A DNA stretch of 64,000 bases, from contig JAZSIR010000011.1 of assembly GCA_045533905.1 (NCBI GenBank), forward strand, positions 1 through 64,000, given 5' to 3'. The notes below the pieces were generated by a model. That model worked only from the letters and a program-made list of their open reading frames with translations, searched no databases and had not been told where the DNA came from. Source of the stretch: Clostridia bacterium. Lineage in GTDB: Bacteria; Bacillota; Clostridia; UMGS1883; UMGS1540. A program made the position numbers and the translations under genes. Shown piece by piece: positions 18,054 through 26,600 of the stretch (positions within the stretch are counted from its first letter, which is position 1; the number at the start of each line of letters is the position of its first letter).

Positions 18054-18683
18054 TTATATCCCAATAGGCTTGTCCGTATAGAGTTCCTCCAGGTATTGCG
18101 GCACTTCGGAAAGGCCGAGTGCCTCGCCGAGACTCGCGAGCACCTGCTTTGTAAAAGCACGCGTCCCTTCCGGCGTATAATAGTGCACTGCATCGGAATG
18201 GACCGATTCGGGAAGCGTTTTCGAGAGTGCATACAGATCGTTTATGACAAGCCCGTATTTTTCTGCGATGCGCACCGCCGCCTTGTTATACACTTCAATC
18301 TCTTCGTTATAGCGTTTGAAATTCTCATCCATTCTTTCCGAAATCACCTTCGTGGAGGTGGCGAAAATCACCCGGGCATCGGGGCAAAGCTTCCGGATGC
18401 GGATGCAGATTCTTTCGATATAATAGGCATAGACATCAAGAGGCGTGTGCGGCTCTTCCCCAAAGAGACGGAGGCAGTCCCAAAGTCCCGCGTTCCAGTG
18501 AATTACATCCACGCGCCCGTCGGCCGCTTCCTTAAGATATTCGTGAAAATGCCGAAGAAGATACGAGGCAAAGCGCGTGTTTTCACCGGGAAAAACGACT
18601 TCTGCCACGCCCGCAAGGCTCCTTCTGACGGCCTTGTCATAGCCCATCCGGATAGAGTCCCCCAAAAGTAACACCGTTTTCAT
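18054..18683 (-). CDS. SGNH/GDSL hydrolase
   Basis: LLGDSI block I, WNAGLWD block III, DAVHY block V. Confidence 0.88.
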   Translation of the reverse strand: MKTVLLLGDSIRMGYDKAVRRSLAGVAEVVFPGENTRFASYLLRHFHEYLKEAADGRVDVIHWNAGLWDCLRLFGEEPHTPLDVYAYYIERICIRIRKLCPDARVIFATSTKVISERMDENFKRYNEEIEVYNKAAVRIAEKYGLVINDLYALSKTLPESVHSDAVHYYTPEGTRAFTKQVLASLGEALGLSEVPQYLEELYTDKPIGI

Positions 18684-18692
18684 TTTGCTCCC

Positions 18693-18773
18693 TCACTTCT
18701 TGGCATCGGCCATCAAAAGCGCGCAAGGCACAATGATGGCCACTAAAATAGCAAGCCAGGTGGAAAAATTCAT
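18693..18773 (-). CDS. 26-aa single-TM small protein MNFSTWLAILVAIIVPCALLMADAKK
   Basis: AAGGGGAG RBS before the ATG; fills the gap between the aldolase-like and SGNH genes; the SGNH RBS overlaps its stop. Confidence 0.55.
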   Translation of the reverse strand: MNFSTWLAILVAIIVPCALLMADAKK

Positions 18774-18783
18774 ATGCTCCCCC

Positions 18784-19785
18784 TTATGCCTTCTTTGCCA
18801 TTTCTTTTCTGTACTTTTCGCTTTCCCAGTTATTGATAAAGCCGGTAGCTGCGGCATCCATCGTATGGATTTTGAGGCCGGCGGTCGAGATGCTGTCCAC
18901 CACATAAGCAAATGCGGCGAAGGTTTCGAGCATTGCGGCAGCTTCTTTTTTGGCGGCGCGGAGAATAACCCGGTCGCCTTCGAAAGCGATTTTGCCGTCC
19001 TTCATCCCGGCATTCAGGTACACGAGCTGGTCGGGATACAGCGCATTTTCTTCCATCGTCTTTTCGCTGTATTTTTCAAAATAGGCTTTCACAAAAGGTG
19101 CGGTGCATACAAAGGTGTCCCCCGCTTCTTTCACAGAAAGGTCCGCATAAAACGCGCCGAGACCGAGGTATTTCTTCACGGCTTCGTTCACCCAGATATG
19201 CAGTCTTGTACATTCTTCGGCATCGTCATCCGTTGTGACAAGGCCGTGATTTTCAAGGAAGATCACGCGCGGAAATACGCCCTTTTCCTTTTCATAGGCT
19301 TCTATTGCATCCGCAATCACAAGCGTCAGCGAAAAACCGGGGTTAATATACGGAATCCATACAAAATCCACATCGCCCATAATTTTGGCTGCAAGTTCTC
19401 TGCCGCCTTCGGCGCAGGTAATTACATTCGTATATACCGGATGTGTATGCATTACGTATTTCTTCATAATAGAATGGAAGCCCGTTTCCACGGACGGGCG
19501 AAGCGCCGGCCCATCCCCCGGGAATACACAGGAAAGTGTGAAGGGTGTGGATTCTTTTTCCTTCTTCTCCATTTCCTCCGGAAGCACGTCCGTGTGGTAC
19601 TCCCTGATTTTGATATAATCTACATCTACATAGCCGGTGGTTTCCGTAATGTCGCCAATCGTAAAGCCGGAAGCCTTAATGGCCATTTTATTGCCGTCGT
19701 GCTTGCAGGAGGCATTGCCGCCGCCGCCCTGCACATAGTCTACCATTCCGCCGATTTCCTTACACATTGCCGCAAAGTTTTTCAT
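18784..19785 (-). CDS. Class II aldolase/adducin-family protein
   Basis: VQGGGGNAS.K, IKASG, RPSVET.FH, HTH, IPY..PG, LENHG. Confidence 0.85.
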   Translation of the reverse strand: MKNFAAMCKEIGGMVDYVQGGGGNASCKHDGNKMAIKASGFTIGDITETTGYVDVDYIKIREYHTDVLPEEMEKKEKESTPFTLSCVFPGDGPALRPSVETGFHSIMKKYVMHTHPVYTNVITCAEGGRELAAKIMGDVDFVWIPYINPGFSLTLVIADAIEAYEKEKGVFPRVIFLENHGLVTTDDDAEECTRLHIWVNEAVKKYLGLGAFYADLSVKEAGDTFVCTAPFVKAYFEKYSEKTMEENALYPDQLVYLNAGMKDGKIAFEGDRVILRAAKKEAAAMLETFAAFAYVVDSISTAGLKIHTMDAAATGFINNWESEKYRKEMAKKA

Positions 19786-19923
19786 CGTTTTTCCTCCGTT
19801 TTCTGTTTTATTGACCGTTTGATTTTTATCCTCTTTGAAATTAAAGTATACACATTTGAAAGGGCAGTGTCAATCCCTATTCCTAATATTTTTTGGGGTT
19901 CTTTTTCAGAAGGAGCGCATCTG

Positions 19924-20310
19924 TTACAGCCCCAGAATGTAAAAGCCGTTATAGTCCATCGCCTCTTCAAGCCAGGAAAGAAGCATTTCGTCCGGCTCGG
20001 GACTCGCCGCAAGAAGCCTCCCTATAATTTCTTCTACCACAGAAGGCGCATAATAGTTAATGCCGTACACATCCACGGGACCGCTTTCAAGGTTATTATA
20101 AACACCGCCATCGAACACGCGGCCATACTCTATGAAAAACGTACTTTCATCGGCTATATAGAGAGAATCGTCCCTCCAATGGTCAATGTTGTCTACCGAC
20201 ACAATCTCCTCTATTTTTGTGCCGTGCGGCATGGTGCAAAACTGCATTTCTATAAAAGCGGAGCCTCCCGCCATTCGGCGTTCCTCCTGTGAATCAAAAT
20301 GATAGAACAT
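19924..20310 (-). CDS. Hypothetical acidic protein (128 aa)
   Basis: AAGGAG RBS; globular-looking ORF ending NGFYILGL. Confidence 0.7.
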   Translation of the reverse strand: MFYHFDSQEERRMAGGSAFIEMQFCTMPHGTKIEEIVSVDNIDHWRDDSLYIADESTFFIEYGRVFDGGVYNNLESGPVDVYGINYYAPSVVEEIIGRLLAASPEPDEMLLSWLEEAMDYNGFYILGL

Positions 20311-20485
20311 TTCGCATTTCTCCTTTTCCGGCGCTTGACAGCTTTTGCCCCAAACGCATTGTATGCTGGTTTTGTCAACATACGCCTTCTTTGTATTTAT
20401 TATAAATTCAGTGAACGATTTAGATGCCGCAAAATCATTTTACCAGGAGTAAAATTGCTTGCAAGGGCATTTTTGCGACGCCGTC

Positions 20486-20565
20486 AATTGACACAGCGGT
20501 CAAAGACCGCAAAAAGCCGAAAGGCTTTAGGGATTTTATAAAATAAAATCCCGTATGTGTCAATT
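20486..20565. ncRNA. Candidate structured RNA/DNA element (four-way junction)
   Basis: Closing stem AATTGACACA/TGTGTCAATT encloses three perfect hairpins, one with a GAAA tetraloop. No match to a family I recognise. Confidence 0.35.
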
Positions 20566-20602
20566 ATATCACTTTTCATACAAAATGGCAAGTGCAGAAC
20601 GC

Positions 20603-20631
20603 AAAAAGAGCACCGCACGGTGCTCTTTTTT
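20603..20631 (-). terminator. Intrinsic terminator of yaaL
   Basis: AAAAAGAGCACC-gcac-GGTGCTCTTTTT. Confidence 0.8.
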
Positions 20632-20890
20632 ATACTGCTTCTTGCTCTTTTGCCATCTTGAGTAGATGGGCGTATCGTATCTCGTGCGATTTTATCGCGT
20701 AAATGTACATATCGGTAAGCGCGTCGGAATTTGCAAACATCAAATTTCGCCGGCACGCGGCAAGCTCTTTCTGGGTTTCGAGAAGAAGGGCGCGGAGCGC
20801 TTCGTCCCGTTTTTCTGCCGGTTCTTCTTTTTTAAGATGTAAAAGCGCGTACATATTTCGCGCGGCAGTCTGCGGCAATTTCATTTCCAA
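20630..20890 (-). CDS. YaaL/DUF2508 family protein
   Basis: L....A....F......D.YIY.IKS.EIRY.HLLK.AK pattern. Confidence 0.75.
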   Translation of the reverse strand: MEMKLPQTAARNMYALLHLKKEEPAEKRDEALRALLLETQKELAACRRNLMFANSDALTDMYIYAIKSHEIRYAHLLKMAKEQEAV

Positions 20891-20931
20891 AAACCCCCTT
20901 TACGGACAAGTATAGTCCGCTTTTCGGTATT

Positions 20932-21636
20932 TTATGCCTTTTCTTTAAAATTTTGTATGCCGAGGCAAATGGCGCGTGCAAGCTTACCTTGATACGCCGC
21001 ATCACAAAGGAGGGCTTCCTCCTCGGTATTCGACAAAAAGCCACATTCCACAATAACGGCGGGAATTTCGCTTTCGCGAAGAAGATACAAATCGCTCGTA
21101 GGCTTTACCTCGCGCGTGCAATGGGGCCCTATTTCCTCTAAAAATGCCGCGCGAATGGATTCGGCAAGCCGCTGCCCTTCTTCACTCCCCGTATAATAAA
21201 ACACCTGCGGACCACTGTACCTCGCATCCGAAAAATGATTCATATGGATACTGACAAGGCAGAGATTTCCCTCTGCGCCGGCAAGTGCCGCACGTTTTTT
21301 CATATCTTCTCTTTTTTTCTCGCGGATGGAGGCCGATTCGGTTTCGTACAGGCCGCGGTCGTCCTCCCGCGTCATTAAAACACGCTCGCCCGCGCTTGTA
21401 AGTTCTTCCGAAAGAAGCTTTGCAATCTGCAAATTTAAGTCCTTTTCCAAAACGCCGCTCTCTCTTCCTTCGGCGCCGCCGTCCGGCGCGCCGTGCCCCG
21501 CATCAATCACAATGCAAGGCACGTTCTCCGCCTGCACGTCTTTCACTTTCGGATGAAAAAGCTTTGCAATAAGAAAGGATACCACGCACAAAAGGACTAA
21601 AAATAAAATGCCACCTCGTTTTAAAATAACGAGCAT
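20932..21636 (-). CDS. cwlD: N-acetylmuramoyl-L-alanine amidase (germination CwlD type)
   Basis: N-terminal TM, IVIDAGHG.PDGGA, EKDLNL, TRE.D, SIHMN, G.QVFY, IVECGFLSN. Confidence 0.8.
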   Translation of the reverse strand: MLVILKRGGILFLVLLCVVSFLIAKLFHPKVKDVQAENVPCIVIDAGHGAPDGGAEGRESGVLEKDLNLQIAKLLSEELTSAGERVLMTREDDRGLYETESASIREKKREDMKKRAALAGAEGNLCLVSIHMNHFSDARYSGPQVFYYTGSEEGQRLAESIRAAFLEEIGPHCTREVKPTSDLYLLRESEIPAVIVECGFLSNTEEEALLCDAAYQGKLARAICLGIQNFKEKA

Positions 21637-21656
21637 GCCGCCACCCCCCTTCATAC

Positions 21657-21685
21657 ACCCTATGCGCACGCGGCGTAAAATATGA
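21657..21685 (-). promoter_or_regulatory. Putative SigE-type sporulation promoter of cwlD
   Basis: Minus strand TCATATT, ~14 bp, CATAGGGT; resembles the SigE consensus. Confidence 0.45.
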
Positions 21686-21696
21686 AGGGACAAAAC

Positions 21697-21730
21697 AAAA
21701 GTGGCTGCCGCTTTCGCGACAGCCACATTC
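21697..21730 (-). terminator. Intrinsic terminator
   Basis: GTGGCTG.CGC-tttc-GCG.CAGCCAC with a U-tract on the minus strand. Confidence 0.65.
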
Positions 21731-21739
21731 TGCTTTTTC

Positions 21740-22180
21740 TTATTTACGTAATTCTTCGCGACCGGCCTGGATTTCTGCAGCCATGTTGCCAAGGCGCTGT
21801 TCAATACCGGCGAGCACATCGTCAGCATACTGACGGGCACCAAGACGAATCTCACGTGCATTCTTCTGCGCGTTTGCCAGAACTTCGTTTGCCTGGTCAT
21901 ATGCTTTCTTGGTGATTTCATGCTCGTTTACGAGCTGCTGTTTCTGCTCTTCAGCGCTGCGGATAATATCCGCTGCTTCCTTATGGGCTTCTTCAATAAT
22001 AGAAGTTCTCTGCTCGGTAACCCACTTTGCCTTCTTCAAATCTTCCGGAAGGCGCAGACGGATATCGCTGATAAGCTCCATAAAGTCTTCTTTATCAATC
22101 ATTGTCTTATGAAAAATAGGCCAAGTAAAGCTGTTTTCGATTAAGTCCTCAAGCTGGTCAATTACATCGAAAATTTCCAT
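21740..22180 (-). CDS. Conserved coiled-coil protein (DivIVA/ATP synthase B-like; often auto-annotated 'ATPase')
   Basis: LEDLIE...P......D......I..IR..LP.DL..A pattern; heptad-rich; GGAGG RBS. Confidence 0.7.
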   Translation of the reverse strand: MEIFDVIDQLEDLIENSFTWPIFHKTMIDKEDFMELISDIRLRLPEDLKKAKWVTEQRTSIIEEAHKEAADIIRSAEEQKQQLVNEHEITKKAYDQANEVLANAQKNAREIRLGARQYADDVLAGIEQRLGNMAAEIQAGREELRK

Positions 22181-22363
22181 TTTCTCTTTCTCCTCCTGCC
22201 AAATTGATACGCCATACGTTCTCTCTTAGTATTTTACCATACTCTTTTCGCCTTGTCAACTAATTTTCGTCAAAATTCTACTCTTTTTCACTTTGTGCCG
22301 AGGCTTGACTTTTTTCCCTCTGTATGGTACAATCAAGGAAATGCGACAGAAAGGAGAGAAAAC

Positions 22364-23326
22364 ATGCGTACATACGACTTTGACGAGACGATCTATAATG
22401 GTGACAGTACCCGCGATTTTTATTTTTATTGTCTCAAAAAATATCCGCGTATTCTCCTCGAGCTTCCGCGGCAATTTGGGCATTTTCTCCTTTTTGCAAC
22501 CGGCATCGAACGGAAAACCGTTTTCAAATCGCACTTTTACCGCTTTTTCCGCCATATCCCCGATATGGATAAGGCGGTGGCGGATTTTTGGGAAACGCAT
22601 TTTTGCAATATAAAAGAATGGTATCTTTCCGATGTGCGACCGGATGACGTGATCATTTCCGCATCCCCTGCCTTTCTTCTCGAAATTCCGTGCAGGCGGC
22701 TCGGGCTTACGCCCCCGATTGCTTCTCTTGTGGACAAAAAGACGGGTGCGTACACGGGCGAAAACTGTTACGGCGAGGAAAAGCCGCCGCGTTTTCGCGC
22801 ACTGTACCCCGATGCCGCGGTGGAGGAATTTTACTCGGACTCTCTTTCCGACATGCCGATGGCGCTTCTCGCCAAAGAACGCTTTATCGTGCGCGGCGAC
22901 AATATTATGCCGTGGGAAAGCTACGTACCTTCGCGCGCATCGCGGGCAAAGAAGCTGTTCCTCTCTCCTGCATTTTTGCGGTTTCTTCTGGTAGGCGGTG
23001 CAAGCACTATTTTAACAGCCATCTTAGGCCGGCTCTACCTTGCCGCGCTCTCCATGCCCGTTCTTTCCTTCGCACTCGGGTATATCACAACGCTAATCCT
23101 GGCGTTTTTCCTGCACGCGGGCTTTACCTTCCGCGCAAAGCCCTCTCTCGGACGGTTTTGGAAGTTTGTCATTTCCTACATCCCGAATTTCCTAGTACAG
23201 ACGCTTTCGGTGTGGCTTTTGTGTCATCTTCTATCGCTTCCCGAGATGCTCGCATACATTCTGGCCGCGATAATCGGCATTCCTGTTACATTTTTACTGA
23301 TGAAACTATTTGCTTTTCAGAAATAA
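22364..23326 (+). CDS. HAD-IB family phosphatase fused to a GtrA-like membrane domain
   Basis: YDFDETI motif I, ISASP, NCYGEEK, FYSDSLSD.P. C-terminal ~125 aa FLRFLLVGG...FTF...KF...FLL.KLFAF is GtrA-like. Confidence 0.8.
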   Translation: MRTYDFDETIYNGDSTRDFYFYCLKKYPRILLELPRQFGHFLLFATGIERKTVFKSHFYRFFRHIPDMDKAVADFWETHFCNIKEWYLSDVRPDDVIISASPAFLLEIPCRRLGLTPPIASLVDKKTGAYTGENCYGEEKPPRFRALYPDAAVEEFYSDSLSDMPMALLAKERFIVRGDNIMPWESYVPSRASRAKKLFLSPAFLRFLLVGGASTILTAILGRLYLAALSMPVLSFALGYITTLILAFFLHAGFTFRAKPSLGRFWKFVISYIPNFLVQTLSVWLLCHLLSLPEMLAYILAAIIGIPVTFLLMKLFAFQK

Positions 23327-23329
23327 AGG

Positions 23330-23366
23330 AGGACTGTAAAAACTGTGTTTTTACAGTCCTTTTTTT
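23330..23366 (+). terminator. Intrinsic terminator abutting repeat copy 1
   Basis: AGGACTGTAAAAA-ctgtg-TTTTTACAGTCCT plus T-tract. Confidence 0.8.
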
Positions 23367-23576
23367 GGGAATAGAAAAAAAGAGTCAGAACGTTAAAACG
23401 CCACCCGACGTCGTACTTCGTGTACTACGAGCGGTGGCGTTTTGGCGTAGCAAAAAGGCTAAAAATAAAGAAAAATCGAAGAAAATGAGATTTTTCATCC
23501 CGAACAGAGTTGTCTTCGACTGTTCATATCCGTACCAGTATTGTCTTTTTGCGTTCTGGACTTTTTTTACATTCCC
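23367..23576 (+). repeat. MITE-like non-coding element, copy 1
   Basis: Imperfect TIRs GGGAATAGAAAAAAAGAGTCAGAACG / CGTTCTGGACTTTTTTTACATTCCC; homologous to the reverse complement of 34875-35093. Confidence 0.8.
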
Positions 23577-23588
23577 TTTCAGGGCACA

Positions 23589-23620
23589 GAAAAGGCGAGG
23601 GATATTCCCTCGCCCTTTTC
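23589..23620 (-). terminator. Intrinsic terminator of nifJ
   Basis: GAAAAGGCGAGGGA-tat-TCCCTCGCCCTTTTC. Confidence 0.8.
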
Positions 23621-23622
23621 TA

Positions 23623-26600
23623 TTATTCGAATAACTTGCCGAACTTTGTCCAATGTTCGTACTTCTCTTTTGCCTGCTTTTCAGCTTCAGCGAAGAGTTC
23701 TTCTGCACGATCGGGGAACTTACGTGCGAGAGAGCTGTAACGAACTTCGTTCATGATAAAGTCGCGGTAGGAAGCATCGGGAGCCTTGGAATCCATCATA
23801 AACGGATTCTTGCCCTCTTCTTTCAGTCTCGGGTCGAAACGGAAAGTATGCCAGTAACCGGCGAGTACGGCATTCTTGATAATCTTCTGGGTATCGGTCA
23901 TACCGCCCTTGATGCCGTGGTTAATGCACGGTGCGTAAGCGATGATGATGGACGGACCGTTGTAGCTTACCGCTTCGCGGATTGCCTTTACAGTCTGGTT
24001 CATGTCATAGCCGAGTGCAACCTGTGCTACATATACATAGCCGTAGGACATTGCCATTTCAGCGAGGTTCTTCTTTCTGATCGGCTTACCGCCAGCTGCG
24101 AACTGTGCAACTGCACCAGTCGGGGTGGACTTGGAAGCCTGACCGCCGGTGTTGGAGTAAACTTCTGTATCGAATACGAGAACGTTTACATCTTCGCCGG
24201 AAGCGAGAACGTGGTCAAGACCGCCGTAACCGATATCGTATGCCCAGCCGTCACCACCGAAGATCCAGACAGCTTTCTTCGAAAGGAATTCCTTAAATTC
24301 CAGAACTGCCTTTGCTTCTTCGCAGCCGCAAGCTTCGAGTGCTGCGATGAGTTCTTCTGTTGCCTTCTGGTTGGCATCGCCATCTTCATAGGTAGCGTTC
24401 CAAGCTTCTTTAGCTGCCTGTATGCTGTCGCAGGAAATAGCTGCAATCTGCTCGCGCAGTCTTTCGCGAAGCTGCTTTGCGCCAACAGCCATACCGAGAC
24501 CGTGTTCTGCGTTATCTTCAAACAGGGAGTTTGCCCAAGCGGGACCCTTGCCCTTTTTGTTTGTGGTGTACGGAGTAGACGGTGCGCTGCCGCCCCAGAT
24601 GGAGGAGCAACCGGTTGCGTTAGAGATGTATGCTCTGTCGCCGCAAATCTGGGTAACGAGCTTTGCATACGGTGTTTCGCCACAGCCTGCACATGCGCCC
24701 GAGAACTCGAGGAGCGGCTGGTGGAACTGAGAATTCTTTACGTTCATCGGCAGAGCCAGGAGTTCTTCCTTGTCGGAAACTGCGGAAACTGCATAGTCGA
24801 AGCATGCCTGCTGGTCACGCTGCGTGTCGATCGGCTTCATAACGAGAGCCTTTTCCTTAGCCGGGCAAACCTTAGCGCAGTTACCACAGCCGCTGCAGTC
24901 CATAACCGTAACAGCTACGCCGTATTCGAACTTGTCCATATCCTTGCCGTTCATCTTCTTATGCTTCATGTTGGAAGGTGCGGCAGCTACTTCCTCGGCG
25001 TTCATAACAACCGGACGGATAGCAGCATGGGGACAAACGAGAGAACACTGGTTACACTGGATACAGTTTTCCGGAATCCATTCCGGAACGTCAACCGCGA
25101 TGCCGCGCTTTTCGTAAGCAGCGGAGCCCTGCGGAAGGTGACCGTCCACATATTCTACGAAGGTAGATACGGGGATGCTGTCACCAGCCTGCTTTTCGCA
25201 CGGCTTTAAGATGTTCTTTACGAAGGACGGTACTTCTTTTTCTGCCTTCGGTGCATCTTCTGCATTCTTCCAGTCAGCCGGTACTGCGATTTCGCAGATG
25301 TTCTTTTCGCCTTCTACGATAGCGGCATGGTTCATGTTAACAATCTTTTCGCCCTTCGAAGCAAAGGAACGAACAACAGCATCGCGCATGTATTCTACAG
25401 CGTTTTCAAACGGAATAACGTTTGCAAGCTTAAAGAATGCGGACTGGAGTACGATAGAGGTCTTGTTGCCAAGGCCGAGTTCCTTTGCGATGCCGATAGC
25501 ATCGATTGTGTAAAGGGAGATGTTGTTTTCAGCAATGTAGCGCTTCATCTTTGCAGGGAGACGCTTTGTAAGTTCTTCTACATCCCAAGCGCAGTTTAAG
25601 AGGAACTTGCCGCCCGGAACGAGATCCTGCACCATGTCGTACTTATCTACGTAAGACGGGTTATGGCACGCTACGAAGTTAGCCTTATTGATAAGGTAGG
25701 TGGATTTGATCGGCTTTGCACCGAAACGAAGGTGAGAAACGGTAATACCGCCCGATTTCTTCGAGTCGTAAGAGAAGTATGCCTGTGCATACAGGTCAGT
25801 ATGGTCGCCGATAATCTTAATGGAGTTCTTGTTTGCACCAACGGTACCGTCAGAGCCAAGACCCCAGAACTTACAGGCTGTGTTGCCTTCGGCAGACGTA
25901 TCGGGATTTTCTTCGCGCGGGAGAGAAAGGTTCGTTACGTCGTCCGTGATGGCGAGTGTGAAGCCGCGAACCGGCTCAGCCTTATCGAGGTTTCTGTAGG
26001 TTGCGATAACGTCAGCCGGAACAGTGTCCTTCGAGCCAAGACCGTATCTGCCGCCGATGATCATCGGAGCGTCAGCCTTACCGGTAAAGCAAGCGCAAAC
26101 GTCAAGATACAAAGGTTCGCCGATGGAGCCGGGTTCCTTTGTTCTGTCAAGAACTGCAATCTTCTTGCAGGTTGCCGGCAGAGCCTTAAGGAATGCATCA
26201 ACCGGGAACGGACGGTAGAGGCGAATCTTAATAAGACCAACCTTTTCGCCCTTCGCGGTGAGGTAATCAATTGTTTCTTCAATGGTATCGCAGATGGAAC
26301 CCATAGCTACGATAACCTTTTCTGCATCGGGTGCGCCGTAGTAGTTTACAAGACCGTAGTTTGTGCCGATCTTGGCATTTACCATGTTCATGTATTCTTC
26401 TACAACAGCCGGAACATTTTCATAGAACTTGTTGCAAGCTTCGCGGTTCTGGAAGAAGATGTCAGGGTTCTGTGCGCTACCGCGGAGAACCGGATGCTCA
26501 GGATTGAGTGCACCGTTACGGAATGCACGAACGGCATCCATATCTACCATTTCCTTCAGGTCTTCGTAATCCCAAACCTCGATTTTATCGATTTCGTGGG

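Noticed and set aside
18685-20292. 535-aa + strand ORF
   Set aside because: Antisense to three convincing minus-strand genes; the sequence is not protein-like.
20486-20565. Cloverleaf as a tRNA or c-di-GMP-I riboswitch
   Set aside because: No TTC T-loop, D-loop GG or 7-nt anticodon loop; lacks GACGCAAAGC after the GAAA hairpin. Kept only as an unknown structure.
23385-23708. Short ORFs overlapping the repeat copies (also 34795-35209)
   Set aside because: Shared peptide words (RQNATARST) only reflect the DNA repeat; starts, stops and frames are not conserved between copies.
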